Assembly: GCA_028534125.1 (NCBI GenBank)
Contig: CM052816.1
Location: forward strand, 36,768,001 to 36,832,000
Length of the DNA: 64,000 nt
Direction of reading: 5' to 3'
DNA from: Lama glama
Taxonomy: Eukaryota
This document shows, one piece after another, positions 13,255-26,775 of this stretch. The notes beneath the pieces are model-generated. The model did no database searches. It worked only from the letters and a program-made list of their open reading frames with translations, and was not told where the DNA came from. The position numbers and the translations under genes were made by a program. The first letter of the stretch is position 1; the number at the start of each line of letters is the position of its first letter.

Positions 13255-13900
13255 TGATTTTTAGCTGTGTGACATTGTCAGATTCCTTTTCTGTAAAAGA
13301 AAGATAATAACATCGACTTTTTAGGGCTGGTATGGGCTTTGAATGAGATTATTATTTTGGAAGTGCAGTACAAAGGCATCAAGTAAATGTAAAATTGTTA
13401 GTTCTCCACCACTCTTTCTTTTTTCATTAAGATCTGTGGTCAGTGAGATTAGGGACATTCATGTCAGATGTATCTGTGTTCAGTTCCTAGGTCAGCCACT
13501 TACTGAGTATTTTTAAACCTAGGTTACAATTTTTTTTTCATCTGTAATATGAAATAATATTATCTGTATAAATCATAGGAATGTATTGAATAGAAATAGA
13601 GGACATTTTATGGTCTAACATTTATTTGCTTATCTAATCTATCACAACTGTCCTTAAAAATATGTTATCAGAGACAGTGAATAAATTTCACACAATCACA
13701 CAAATGGTAAAAAAGGCAATATTCAACCTCAAGTCTTTCTAACATCAAGGTCCCTTCTAATTTTTTCACACTGCCACCTTATGGCTGAAGCATCTGGAAG
13801 CCACCCCGACTTGTGCTTCTAAGTAGCTTTATTGCTATAGTTAAGTTTCTCTGGACTTTTCTGTTCTTACATTTAAAATAAGAAGCTGTATTAAATAAAT
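13255..13900. mobile_element. Cluster of MIR fragments in both orientations
   Basis: 'ttagctgtgtgac...ctgtaaaagaaagataataa' (+), 'tcagccacttactg...tcatctgtaatatgaaataat' (+), and a reverse fragment at about 13620-13770. Confidence 0.65.
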
Positions 13901-14559
13901 TCTTGGCAATCTGGATTCATTTGAGGTCATGGCTTCCTCCAACCTTTCAGGAGCAACTTTGTGGGAAATTAAGGCAAACTGGAAAGTTATACTTCCTTTG
14001 TTGCTTCAAAACAGCAGCTTTTCTATAATCTTTTTAATTTTTGTATATATGTAAGATTTATTTGGGCAAAAGTCAAAGTCTCCATTGTTAAAAACAAGCT
14101 TGAAAAACCACAAGATTAGATATTCTCTAAGGGTCTTTTCGTTCTAAAATATTTAATTCTAATCAAATATGATTAAAGGGACATGGATTAGTCAGAAGGT
14201 CAGAATAAACAACAGATAAGGAAACAAATGAGTGTTGAACCCTTGAATTGTTTACCTGGAATATATGTTGAATATGAGTAGATGAATGAGACATATTTTG
14301 GGACAATTTCTTGCATTGCTCTTTATGATAAAAATTAAGTATTGAGGTCAAAGAAGCAGACATGAGGATTAACTAGACTGCTTGAATATGTCTGAGCGGC
14401 TAGTAGACAGCTTATTAAGTGTGTATATTAATAAATATATTAGCCAGAAGAAGGGACAGAATAAACAATTAAAAAACAGATGTTCCAGGAATACCTGCAA
14501 ACCAAGATAAGTGGGATGGAGCATTAAGAAGCATAATCAAATAAGCAAATCACAAAGTA

Positions 14560-15045
14560 ACCATAATACTCTTTTAAAACCAAATGGTTTGTTTCTTGTC
14601 CCTGCTGCAAGCCTCCAATGGCATGCTGTACTACATACTACATACTATACTACAAAGACCCTCAAAAAACAGGCCCTGTTCTGTCCATCCTCACCTTGTG
14701 CCTCTGTCCTCTGTCCATCAGTACTGAGCCAAGGGCTCTCATTGATTTCTCAAACACCTCAGATCCAAGCAACCTTAAGGTTTTTGTACCAGCTATCCCA
14801 GCGGAGTTAAATTCTACTTCCTATGGTCTTTCTATGGCAAGTTCATTCTATGAATAATTTATTCTAACCTAAGCTTTTGTATGATTCTTTCAGAATGTTT
14901 TGCTGACCATCCAGTGTGAACTAGTTCCTCAGTCACTTCCTGTTTCATATCTCTAACGTTATGCTGGATCTGTGAAATTGTACTTTGTATTTCCCATTCC
15001 ATCACTACAGTCTCCATATCTAGTTGTTAACTGATACATGGTATA
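14560..15045 (+). mobile_element. L2 LINE 3' region
   Basis: 'cctccaatggc', 'cctcagatccaagcaaccttaaggtttttgtaccagctatccc', 'tttgctgaccatcc' match L2 features. Confidence 0.6.
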
Positions 15046-15049
15046 TTCT

Positions 15050-15160
15050 CTTTATATATATAATATGTTAATACATATAATATATGTTATGTATTATATA
15101 TGTTATATATAATATAATATATAATTATAGATGTTATATATTTTTATATATATATATAAA
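15050..15160. repeat. Degenerate (TA)n low-complexity tract
   Basis: Almost pure A/T alternation. Confidence 0.85.
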
Positions 15161-18100
15161 ACAAAGAAGGCGATTGTCAAGGTTATTTCTAGTCAAAAAT
15201 AACAGAGGAGAGTTTCAGAAACAGTACCTATGGTTTAAAATTACTGTTATAGCTTCAGAGAACATGTGAACTAAGCAATGCTTATCTAAAATTTTCACCT
15301 AGGTGATGTTTTGTCGCAATTGTTACCAAGACTTGGTGAGATAATGCTTTTGTCTGAGAAACATCAATGAAAGGAAATTTTACATTATAAAGAGATCTAC
15401 AGATCTGAGGAAAGGGGACAAAATGTAATGAATACTCATATCATATACATTTTCATTTAATCATCAAAATGGCTCTGGAATGTTTTTAAAATATTTTATC
15501 CCTGTTTATCAAATATTGAAAATGAGACCCAAAGAAAACAGGGGCAACCCTGGTGAAATAGATCTAATGCTAGAGATATTGTTTAATTCATGTTCATCTA
15601 ATGCAATATGGATTTCCATAAAACCAGATAAGAAACATCTGTGTAAATGCATTTAAACAACAACAAACCTCTTCCTTAAAATAAAAATCCTAAATAGAAG
15701 CCCAGTATGTAAAGGGGAAGAAGGTGAAACTCTTCTTTTTCTATGGCTTTCATGGAGACCTGAATTTCTCCTTCTTAGCTCAGGTGTTTCCTTTATATTC
15801 CTTATATTTTCATGTTCATACAGGTTTAATAAAATCTTGAAGGTTTAGATGTCAGTCTGTCTTCTAAGAGTCACTCTGCCTATGTGGGTTCTGTGTGTTT
15901 CTACGTTGATTTATTGGCTTCTCCCAAATTTATTTAGAAGAAGAACATAGGGACAAGGATATTGTTGAGATTTGTTTTATAGCTGTATTTCTCATGTTCA
16001 CTTGGACTCCTTTTATGTGGGCTGATGGAAGTGGTGATACATCACTACTGATTAGCTTTGTAGTTAATATTATAATTTTAAAGTTAATACAACCTCCAAA
16101 TACTGATCAGATAGATAAATACATACATATATATATTAATACACACAAACATGTATGCATGAATAGTCCATTCTCCTTTCCCTAATTTATGTTCACCAAT
16201 CATTATAAGCTTTATTTTTTGCAATTGCCATTTATTGAATCAAAAAGAAAATTGGAGAATAAAAAATATTTACCTCCCGTAACAACCGAGAGGAATGCAG
16301 TTTGCAGAGTAGCACCTGGCCTGGGCAGCTCAAGTGCGATACATGAAATTAGGGTATAGTTGCCCCTTTTATGCCCAGTTAAGACACTGAAACCCAGCAA
16401 TGACTGTAAGTTTATACTGGTGTTAGAATGACAGCTTGTGGAGGGTCGGGTGCCAGGCTGGGTTGAGTGTACCCACTATTATGGCACAAAGTTTTGCCTC
16501 TTCACAGTTCTTCTCCTCCCTGTTACAGGCCTTTTAGGCCTCGTAATTCCCAGGCCATTTACTAGCCATGGAGCACCACTCCATGGCTGGCTTAGGAATC
16601 AATCCATCATGTCACAGGCATAAATCTCAAAGAAACACCTTTTCCTTATCTTGATCCAGGGTTTATATTTTTCCCAATCAAATTCTTCAAATCTCAAATT
16701 ATCTGATTACAACTATTTCCCCAACTAGGAACTGCCTGTATGACTTTCTAATAAAAGCACAGGAATCCAGGAAATAAATGTATACCTGTCTCTTACATCT
16801 TAATGGTAATTTATCTCTCAGTTGTGACCAATGGGAATTTCTGGGTCTTCTCTCACTTAAGTACTAGAAAAACCATATTTTTTGGATACCATATTTAATA
16901 AATGCTTTGTGGTCCTATAAAATTAATTAACTCAAAATCCTACTCCACTACTAAATTCCTTCCTCAGGAGCTAGACAGGGTTGCCATGGTTCATCTAGAT
17001 CTTCATGATTCTCCTCCAAGGATAGGTCACCAAAGTGCACACCCTACACACTGAGCAGCACTTTTTTATGTCAGTGCTATTTCTCCCAGGCACTCCAGAA
17101 TACATGGAAGTGAGATTCATGCCTAGCAATGTTATCTTCTCTACTGTTGATAGAACTGTCAGCTGGTATAGTTCATCCTTACACTTGGACATTTTTTACA
17201 CAGTCCTTCCAATTATAAATTGTAAAAGCAGTGATCATCCTCGTACCCTAGTCATTTTTTTAAATTTCATTATCCCATACTATTTTACTTTTTAAAATAT
17301 TCTTTAACAGTATATTTTATTATACTATTAATAGTATATTTTATCTTACTATTAACACATCTTATTTCACAATACCATTTTACCTTTACTTTTTTGTCTA
17401 TTTTCTAGTTCATACATTGTATTGGTAAGTCATTCAGAGAAAGAACTGCTTTTACACTGAACATTGTGTATTGATATATCCCAAACACCCTGAATATTTC
17501 CAAGCCCATAGTATTCCCTCAGAGATTAAAAAAAATTTGATTTTTTAAAATGAGTTGAAGCAGCATATATTGATGTTTGTGCAACAGTGAATAGTAACAA
17601 TGGCTGACTAGACAGAAACTTATCCTTAAGTCTGGCTGCGCACTGAGAAGAAATTCTAAGCATGTCACTTTCTTCACTCAGCACAGAGCAGTGATTGCTT
17701 TGCCATTGTGATTCCAAACAAACTTCAGTTCAAGATTGTGTTGTAATAGCTGGTTTTGATATAGGCATGTAGCAGAAATGGTTTCTGTTGGTAGCTCAGA
17801 CCCTCTTTTTCAGGAAATAGAGTATAATTTTCATCGTTTACCTTATTGTTCAGTTTAGTAGGTTCTTCCTTATGCTCCTAAGATTAGGCTAATATGCCAT
17901 CATCCAGGGATCAGGAAAACCATACCTGGCTAAATCTTGGGAAGACATACCTGGATATTTTATGTAAATAGGAGATAATAGCTGCTATTTGTCCAACGCT
18001 GCCTCTGCCCAGCTCTGGGAGATTTCCTTTATATGCTAAACACTTTTACTAGTACTGAGAATGAGGCTGAGGGAAGTTAAGACGTATCCAAAGTAGAAAG

Positions 18101-18312
18101 TTAAGTAGTATACGAAGTAACACAGCTGAGACCAGATGAGCCCTCAAAAGACAGAATGATTGAAAGCTGTAGTTCAAATTTACTTCATTTTCTTTTTTCA
18201 TAAATTCAGATATCCATGTTTATTAATTTTAGACACATTTGTTAATATTAATATGACATGTAAATAAATTTTATTAAGTCCATAATATCAAGAGCTCAGT
18301 ACTATACAGATC

Positions 18313-19130
18313 TTATTTATTTATTTTTAATCGAAATATAGTTGATTTACAATATGATATTAGTTTCAGGTGTACAGCATGATGATTCATTGTTTTTACA
18401 TATTATGATCCATTAAATGTTATTATAAGATAGTATCTATAATTCCCTATGCTATGTAATATATCCTTGTTGCTTCTGTGTTTTATACATAGTAGTTTGT
18501 ATCTCCTAATCTCATACCTATAACTTGCCCCTTCACTTCTCCTTCTCCTCTCTGGTAACTACTAGTTTGTTTTCTATATCTGTGAGTCTGTTTTGTTTTG
18601 CTATATATATTTGTTTATATTATTTTTTAGATTTCACATATGAGTGATATGCAGTATTTTTCTTTCTCTTTCTGACTTATTTCATTGGACGTAATATTCT
18701 CTAGGTCCACCTACATTACTGCATATGTCAGAATTTTGTTATTTTTATGGTTGAGTAATATTCCATTGTATATATGTACCATATCTTCTTTATCCATTCA
18801 TCTACTGATGGACACATGGGTTACTTCCATAACTTGGCTATTATTAATAGTACTGCTTTGAAGATTGGAATGCATGTATCTTTTCAAATTAGTGTTTTCA
18901 TTTTTTCTAGATAAATACCCAGGAGTGGAATTGCTGAATCATATGATACTTCTATTTTTAGTTTTTTGAGGAAATTTCATGCTGTTTTCCATAGTGGTGC
19001 ACCAATTTACTTTCCTGCTAATGGTATACAAAGGTTCTCTTTTCTACACATCCTTTCCAACATTTTTTATTTGTAAACTTTTTGATGATAGCCATTCTGT
19101 CAGGTGTGAGCTATTATCTCATTGTTTTGA
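18313..19130 (-). mobile_element. 5'-truncated L1 (3' UTR plus ORF2 C-terminus)
   Basis: T-rich tail, then 'aatatagttgatttacaat...tagtttcaggtgtacagca', 'ataaatacccaggagtggaattgctgaatcatatg', 'gccattctgtcaggtgtgag'. Confidence 0.93.
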
Positions 19131-20060
19131 TAAATATTCTTTACTAAGATGGAAAAAAATCCTTGTCATCTTAATCATATTGCCTCAAGACTTAGAGAAG
19201 ATCTAGAAAGATATTGGATTGCATAAGTAGAGAGTGATAGTGAATAAACCACACAGGTCAATCAAACTTTTATCTAAAGAAGTAGTTAACTACCCATTTA
19301 GAGAGTAACATGCTGTTACTAAGTAATTAATAACTATTATTAAATCATAGGGCATGCCCAGATTATAGTCAACAATATAAAAAAATTCAAAAAGTCAATT
19401 GGCCAGAAAGATATTTCATTTTAATAATGAGTTTTGCTTCACTATTTTCAGTAGAGTCCTCTTTCCAAACCATTGCAGGATGCAAACCAAATTGTCTACT
19501 TAAAAACTCATGTACTGTATTTTGTTTGTTCAAATATAAGTCTTCTGTAATTATTTCATAGTAGCTATACCACAAGCCTAACAATAAAAATTCAGTATTG
19601 GAAGTAAGTACAAGGAGAAAAAGTAAAATTGCCTATCTTCTTAGAGTATACTAAATTATTCCCAGGTTAGCTTTCAGATTGATGCAATATTTATTTCTAG
19701 TCAAGATTATTGAACCATTTAGTGAACGAATCTAGTATCTAAATACATATCACCTTTGTTTCCTGAAGTTCTTTATCTTTAATCAGTTTTAATATTCCAG
19801 TAGTTTGAGAAAATATCAGAAGTTTGTCAGATGTAACACATCGTAGGATTAAAAAGGTGGCGAAATATGGCTCTGTAAATAAATTAACTGCTGAAATTAT
19901 TAAAAATATGGTCATATACTTTGTTATTATACAAGAAAAAGACAAATCAAAGAATGATATCAACTCATTGTATTAAATATTACACATGTTATCACTTTAT
20001 AAAATTTAACAAACTTGTATTGAAATTGCATAATAAGATACATGATCTCATTAGGTAGAT

Positions 20061-20228
20061 CAGAGGTCAGCAACTGTTTTCTGTAAAGCACCAGATAGTA
20101 AACACATTATTCTCTTGTGAGCTATGCAAGTCTGTGTCTTAAATAGGCAATTGGGTTCTGATAAGACTGCATTTTAAAAAGCAGAAAACAGGCCTTATCT
20201 GGCCCAAGGACCATAGTTGGCCTATCCA
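20061..20228. mobile_element. MER58A-like hAT-Charlie MITE
   Basis: 'cagaggtcagcaactgttttctgtaaagcaccagatagtaaa' at the start; 'tggcccaaggaccatagttggcc' near the end. Confidence 0.8.
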
Positions 20229-21899
20229 ATAACTGAGAGTATTAATTAGATTGTAGGTGATGCAACAGTTAAATACTATATGGTGTCCATGCATTGGTGC
20301 TAGGAAATAACAAGCAGAACATTCGTTCAACAAGGAATCGATAGTACATTCTTTGATATGGTGCATATTTTCTTAAAGGCAGATTAAATACATAAAATTT
20401 AGAATAATTTTATAGGTATATATGATATTTTACCTGACATAAAATATATTTTAGCTAAAAACTATAGTTGTTATACAACAGTTTACTTCCTTCTTTGCTT
20501 TCTTCCTTTCTTCTTTCCTCCTTTTATTTTATTTTCTTTGCATTTATTTTCTTTTACTTTTAGTTTTTTTTCTTTTTCACAAACCTTTTATTAACATCTT
20601 GCAGAATGCAATTCTTTTCCAAATGTAGTTTAGGAAATTCTTTTTGAGGTGAATCAGGGCAATAGTGCATCTTGTTTTATACAATCATAGATATATTTTG
20701 TTTTTGTTTTTTTCTTTTCAGCGGCTGTATTCTGCAGCTAATTGTCTGAATTCCCCATTTCCCATTGCTGACGTAACTTATTTCTTAATGTATTGGTCCA
20801 TGTAGCATGCTAGTAGAAATAACTCAGTCCTGATATAGTGAAAAGTAAAGTTTTTTCAAAAATGTAGCATTCAAAAATTAAAAGATACAATCAATAAAAC
20901 AGCAATCTCTCACGACCACTAACTAACTACTATCTTTGATTGTTTTCCATGTTCTGTATATTAAAAGTTCGGAAAATTTGCTTCTACTCTGTTCTGACAC
21001 AGTATTAGACTGTAGTCTTGAACAATTCTAAACTGATTCAATATGTTTGAGATTTCGTGTTATTTCAAATCCTTTCCTTATCTAGGAAAACTACCTATCA
21101 GTAACAGAAAAACAGCAGCAAGGCAAAAACCCTTTAGGTGAGCCCCCTACATTTATCATTCAGGAAAGGAAGCAGTTAGGTTAAGGTTTTGACAAATACT
21201 TGGAATGCAGGAAACCTTCAGAAACTGGACAGAAAGAAACAAAACAAACAAAACAACTCCATAGTAGTCCTTTGGTCACCCAACAAACAAGTCTTTCTTC
21301 CTGGTGAAATACCGAAATACCATAGCATCAAATTAGATGTCTGGTTTTTACCTGCTTTCTGTTCTATTTGGCTTATAAAAGAAACAATGAAAGAATTATG
21401 AGTCACCTACTGATATGTGGTATTTTGACAAAGCAAGGAGACAAATAGAGAACATGTGGAATGGTTCAAGAAAACCTAGAAATGCAATTCTTGCCAGTGC
21501 TTTGTTACTCAGGAAAGCTTGAAACTATCTAGAATCAAATTATTTCTCCACTAGTCAGAAATAAAACAGTAAGGACTTTGAAGCAAAGAAGTTCATAAAA
21601 TTAGTCAGTAAACAAGTGAATAAAATAAATGGTTGACCTAGGGACCAATTTGGGTCAATTTTGCTTTAATTTAGCATTTTTTTAACATTTACTGTATTAA
21701 TACTCTATTATATATATATATCTTAATATACACACATATACAGATACATGCAGTTATATATACATATACATACACACATATAATGTATATGTATATATAT
21801 ATCCTTTAAAAATAAAAATAATGTGTTTCTTTAATCACTTCCTGGAAAGTCATTTTCCCCAAAGTGTTTTCTTTTCTTTCTGAATTATGAAAATGTTTA

Positions 21900-22570
21900 A
21901 TTCCAATAATCATTTAAGCTGGAAAACTTCAAATCAGCTCCTCTTCAAATTCTCTCCTCTCCCTACCAATGATTCATGAAGCTCTCTCAATGATAGCTCT
22001 CATTTGTGATTATCAAAGCTTTTCTTCTTATTCATCCTTACTCTAATTCATTCAGGCTCTCATTATTCCTGTTCTGAAACGTGACAGCCTCTTAATTCTG
22101 TCTTCTAACTCTGGTTTACCCTCATTCCACAGATCTCAGCAGATTAAACCTTTGCTTTAATACTTCAGTGTATCCTCAACTCCTTTAGGCAAAAGTCCAA
22201 ACCGTAGTCACTGTTATACACACAATAAGTTATTTTATGTTGCTAAATCTTTTGCAGGCTATTTCCTGGGTCTATACTGCCAGGTCCCAAAATCTCTCTT
22301 TTCTTCAATCACTCAATATCTTTTCCAGGGACATACCTACTCATCATAAGTTAAGCAGCCAGAAAGTTACTTTTTGGCTGAAATTAAACAAGGCATCATG
22401 CATTCAGCCCTTCCCACTCCTATGTATACAAATAAACAATACAATTCAGTGTCTTCCCAGGAAGGTTATTGTATTAGCTCATCACGAATAAGGCTGATAC
22501 TTTATTCATGCCATAATACCCAAGACAGTTCACTACATTAAGGGATTTGGAGTGTGTATGTAGAAAATGA
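21900..22570 (+). mobile_element. L2 LINE 3' region
   Basis: 'ttcaggctctcattattcct', 'ctcctttaggcaaaagtccaaac' and a degenerate L2 terminus. Confidence 0.6.
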
Positions 22571-22669
22571 ACCATCCATTGAAAACAACTGCAGATGTCT
22601 TCTGTTATCTCAGCACTATGGAAAAATTTCAAGAGCTGAAGAGTAACAAAGTGGACACCAATTTTGGTG

Positions 22670-22830
22670 TTAGAGAGTTCTAAGTTTTTATACCTAGATC
22701 TGTCTCTAATTTTGTGATCTTGGTCAAACTACTTAGACTCAGTTCCATTTCCTCACCTCCATAAAGGGAGTTATAGTACTTACATTATGGTTTCAGACAT
22801 ATTTGTTACAGCTCAATGAGTAATATAAAT
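22670..22830 (+). mobile_element. MIR SINE
   Basis: 'tgtgatcttggtcaaactacttagactcagttccatttcctcacctccataaagggag' matches the MIR core. Confidence 0.7.
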
Positions 22831-24651
22831 TGTTATGAACTATATTTCAGACATTTCTTATTTATAGCCATTAGAGTTCCTTGATCTAAATCCCTTCACC
22901 AAAATCTCTATTGAAGCTCACCCTAAGAGAAGTTCATCAGCAACTTAAAAATAATTTTTGTGCATTTATATTCAGAAGTTTATAAATGCCAACTAGATTT
23001 AGAAATTATATCTAAATTTCTGTACTCAATCAACTGCTTGGATCTGAAGATAAATATTTCTTACAGAGTTTAAACTTTTGAAATTCTCTCTCATATAGAA
23101 GGATCAGTTTTAAAACTCTCCAATTTTGGACTAAGATAATATAGATACTTTTTAACATTAATTTGAGAATTTGAGTAGTTTTTATATGTTTATTACTTGT
23201 GTATCCTAGTGACATAAAAAAATCTAAAAACAGCATTATACCTTATACACACTAAAATAATCTCCTAATTAATAGGTAGAAAAAGGAAAGACAAATAAAT
23301 TTCTAATAAATATTTCCTAGTATACGTATACATTTTCTGGTATACCTAAAACAAGTTGAATCTATTGTTGGTTACCAATATTTTTTTTCTATTATTCTCT
23401 AATTATTTCTGTTTAAAGCTTCTGCTTGATGATATTTCCCTTTAAGTATAGTCTCATGATTGTTCTTATTTATAATTGTGACTATGAATATTTATTCTTG
23501 AGCTCTATGAGATTTTTGTACATTTCACTACTACATAGAATATTTAGTATAATAGTTACAAAGTAGGATAGTGTGTCTTGATTCAGTTGTTTAGAAGTAA
23601 GGTTACAAAATTTTGCACACAAAATCATTACAATTAATAAAAGAATATTTCACAAGAAATATAACTTTTATTAGTGCTTGATCTATTTAATTTCTCAATA
23701 AGAAGTTTTTTAAATATAAGTTGAAAAAGCCTTTAAAATAGAATGTGAATATAATAAATATAATCCATAATTAAAACTGATGTTTATAGATGATGTGTGC
23801 CAAAGGGAAACCAAAAACATTTGTTGATTCCATAAAATTAAAGTCTTTTTCATGAACTTTAAAAAACTCTATTAAGTATCTCCTTCTCAATACAAAAAAC
23901 TTGATAGGGCTTTTCTATATTTGTCTTTTATTTCTTTCCTAAAATATTTATTGTGACTTCACATGGAAACAGCGTATGACCAGAAAAATGCATAAAGTTT
24001 TTATATGAGTGAAATTAATCATCCTGTTTGGTGTATAAATAGAAATTATATAAAATGGAGAAAGGACACTATTTCTAGATAATTAGAAAAAAAATCACCT
24101 TAATAAGAAGCTAAACTCAATTTTATACTTATTTGCCAGCTAAAGCCTCTTTTTTTCCCCAAGAGTAACATAAATGATTGATTAAAAAGTATGCATTTAG
24201 TGTTCATTGTATTTTAATTTATGTGATTTGAAAACCTCACATGGTTTTCAAGGATGACTAATCATAGAATAAATTTAAATGCTTACCTAAAAATAATATA
24301 AAATGTGATTCAAGTATTGTACTAGGTTTCATTTGTCAACATTTTCTTCTCTAGCAGTCTGCCATAGCATATAGGTTTTCATTATTAATAATATACACTA
24401 TTTTTCAAAATTTAAACCTAGCTAAGTCAGGAAAAAAAATCCACCTAATACGCTGTTTTATTGGAGACTTCCTGTATGACATTAATGAGCAGAAAATGTA
24501 CTGAAAAGATTGTTGATAACTTTTAGCTCTAATGGAAGATAAGCTTATTTTCTCCTTGCTCCAATTTTTTTGGGGGGGATTATTTTGCCACCTTAAAAAG
24601 GGCTATGTCCCCCCTGCCATCACAAACTTCTTCATTTCCACTCCCTCTTTC

Positions 24652-25139
24652 TTTTTTTTTTTCAATTGAAGAAAAGTCAATTACAATATGTCAATTTCTG
24701 GTATACATCCCAATGTCCCAGTCGTGCATATACATACATATATTCCTTTTTCATATTCTTTTCCATTAAAGTTTATTACAAGATACTAAATATATAGTTC
24801 CCTGTGATATACAGAAGAAACTTGTTTTTTTTTTAAATCTATTTTTATGTGTAGTGGCTAACATTTGCAAATTTCAAACTCCCAAATTTATCCCTTCCCA
24901 TCCCCTTTCCACGGTAACCGTAAGATTGTCTACTATGGCTGCAAGTCTGTTTCTGTTTTGTAGATGAGTTCATAGTGTCTTTTTTTTTCTGATTCCACAT
25001 ATTTGTGATATCATATGGTATTTTTCTTTCTCTTTCTGGCTTACTTCACTTAGAAAGATCATCTCTAGTTTCATCCATGTTGCTGAAAATGGCATTATTT
25101 TATTCTTTTTTATGGCTGAGTAGTATTCCATTGTGTGTG

Positions 25140-25191
<52 letters not shown>

Positions 25192-25542
25192 ACAGCTTCT
25201 TTATCCAGTCATTTGTCAATGGACATTTAGGTTGTTTCCATGTCTTGGCTATTGTATATAAAATGCTGCTGTAAACATTGGGGTACATGTATCTTTTTGA
25301 ATTAGAGTTACCTCTGGATATATATCCAGAAGTGTGATTGCTAGATCATATGGAAAGTCTATTTTTAGTTTTTGAGGACTCTCCATACTGTTTTCCATAA
25401 TAGCTGCACCAAACTACATTCCCTCCAGCAGTGTAGGAGGGTTCCCTTTTCTCCACACCCTCTCCGTCATTTATTGTTCGTGGACTTCTGAATGATGGCC
25501 ATTCTGATTGGTGTGAAGTGACACTTCATTGTAGCTTTGATT
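24652..25542 (-). mobile_element. Relatively young 5'-truncated L1 (camelid/cetartiodactyl type)
   Basis: Poly(T) tail at 24652-24662. ORF track 25100..25288 gives L1 ORF2 C-terminal 'TIAKTWKQPKCPLTNDWIKKLWYIY'. Candidate TSD at 24553-24569 / 25543-25559. Confidence 0.95.
25144..25189. repeat. (TA)23 microsatellite expanded inside the L1
   Basis: Perfect TA run at the L1 'WYIY' position. Confidence 0.95.
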
Positions 25543-26399
25543 TCCTTGCTTTAATTTTTGTAGTATAATTATGTAATAAAATTTTATAATTCACATTTCA
25601 ATCAAATTTTACCTTTGCATTAGCAATGTAAAATTTGTAGTTACTTACTTTAAATGGTATTAATTTTCTATCAGTAAAATGCTTACCTAAATTTAAAGAG
25701 AATTATAACAGTAGTTCAATAAATTGGGAAAATTATTCCATAGCATTCCAGATAGGCAATATCACTGACATATTTAAAGTGGCGATAGCTTTAGCTTTAC
25801 ATTCATTTTTAAGAAATTATATTTTCCAACCATTGTTTAAGGTGAATAGTTGAACAAGATAACAGACATAAAAGATGTCTTTTAAAAAAGGGATTTTATA
25901 TATGCAGTCTATTTAAAAATGATCTTTACTTCAGTATAGCTTAATTACATTACAAATGATATTTTCTCTCAAGGACAAGAGCTTAGTTAGGGAGTCCAAG
26001 GTTCATTTTGCTAGTTAAATGAAAATAAATTGGTGACAACTTCGAGTTAGCATCAAAGAACTCACAGACAATTACTCTAGCTTGAAATTAAAAGTTCCAT
26101 AAAAAAAGATACCTCTCTCAGAAATGCAACCCTGATACCATTTCTGCCAATCATATCTGTAAACTGTTAGACACACAGACACACACATATCTGATGTTTA
26201 GCCAGTATGCTTCCTTATTACTTCTGATCTGTGCTGTATTCATTCTGTTTGCATTATACTTATAGCTTTCTAATCATTAAATGGTTTTTACTCTTATTTT
26301 TGTTTATACATATGCATGTATGTGTATCTCTCTGAAACAGAGAGATCACATACTTTAAAAAAAATTTCTGAAAATGTAATTAATAATAAATGAATATTG

Positions 26400-26775
26400 A
26401 ATCTCAAATTCTTTTTAAAGTGATATTGATTAGAATGCAATTCCATGTAAAAGAAAGTGATATAAATGTAATAAACTTACTCTTAAACAGGCTGAAAGAA
26501 CGTATTGAGTAAAGACAGAATGTATATGAGGTGGGGAGAAGAATCTGGAGAGTATGGTATATACAGAAGACTACTGGAGTCATTGACATACGGAGAGTGT
26601 AAAGAGAACTATTTGGAAGTCACACTACAGATCTCTAAGTGTCAACTAAAGAGATGAGTCTCTCTCTGACAGACAATGCAAATCATGGTAGATGACTGAG
26701 TGGAGGATAGGTATGATTAGACTTATGATTTAACCCCATAAAGGGTTTAAGCAGAACTTAAAGGTAGGAGACCAC
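26400..26775 (-). mobile_element. L2 fragment
   Basis: 'aagtgtcaactaaagagatgagtctctctctgacagacaatgcaaatcatggtagatgactgagtggagga' resembles reverse L2. Confidence 0.5.

Noticed and set aside
17307..17354. 24-bp imperfect tandem duplication
   Set aside because: Ordinary slippage in AT-rich DNA; two units with no spacer structure, so not CRISPR-like.
23674..23685. Short match to mature miR-218 (gtgcttgatcta)
   Set aside because: Only about 12 nt match and there is no hairpin precursor.
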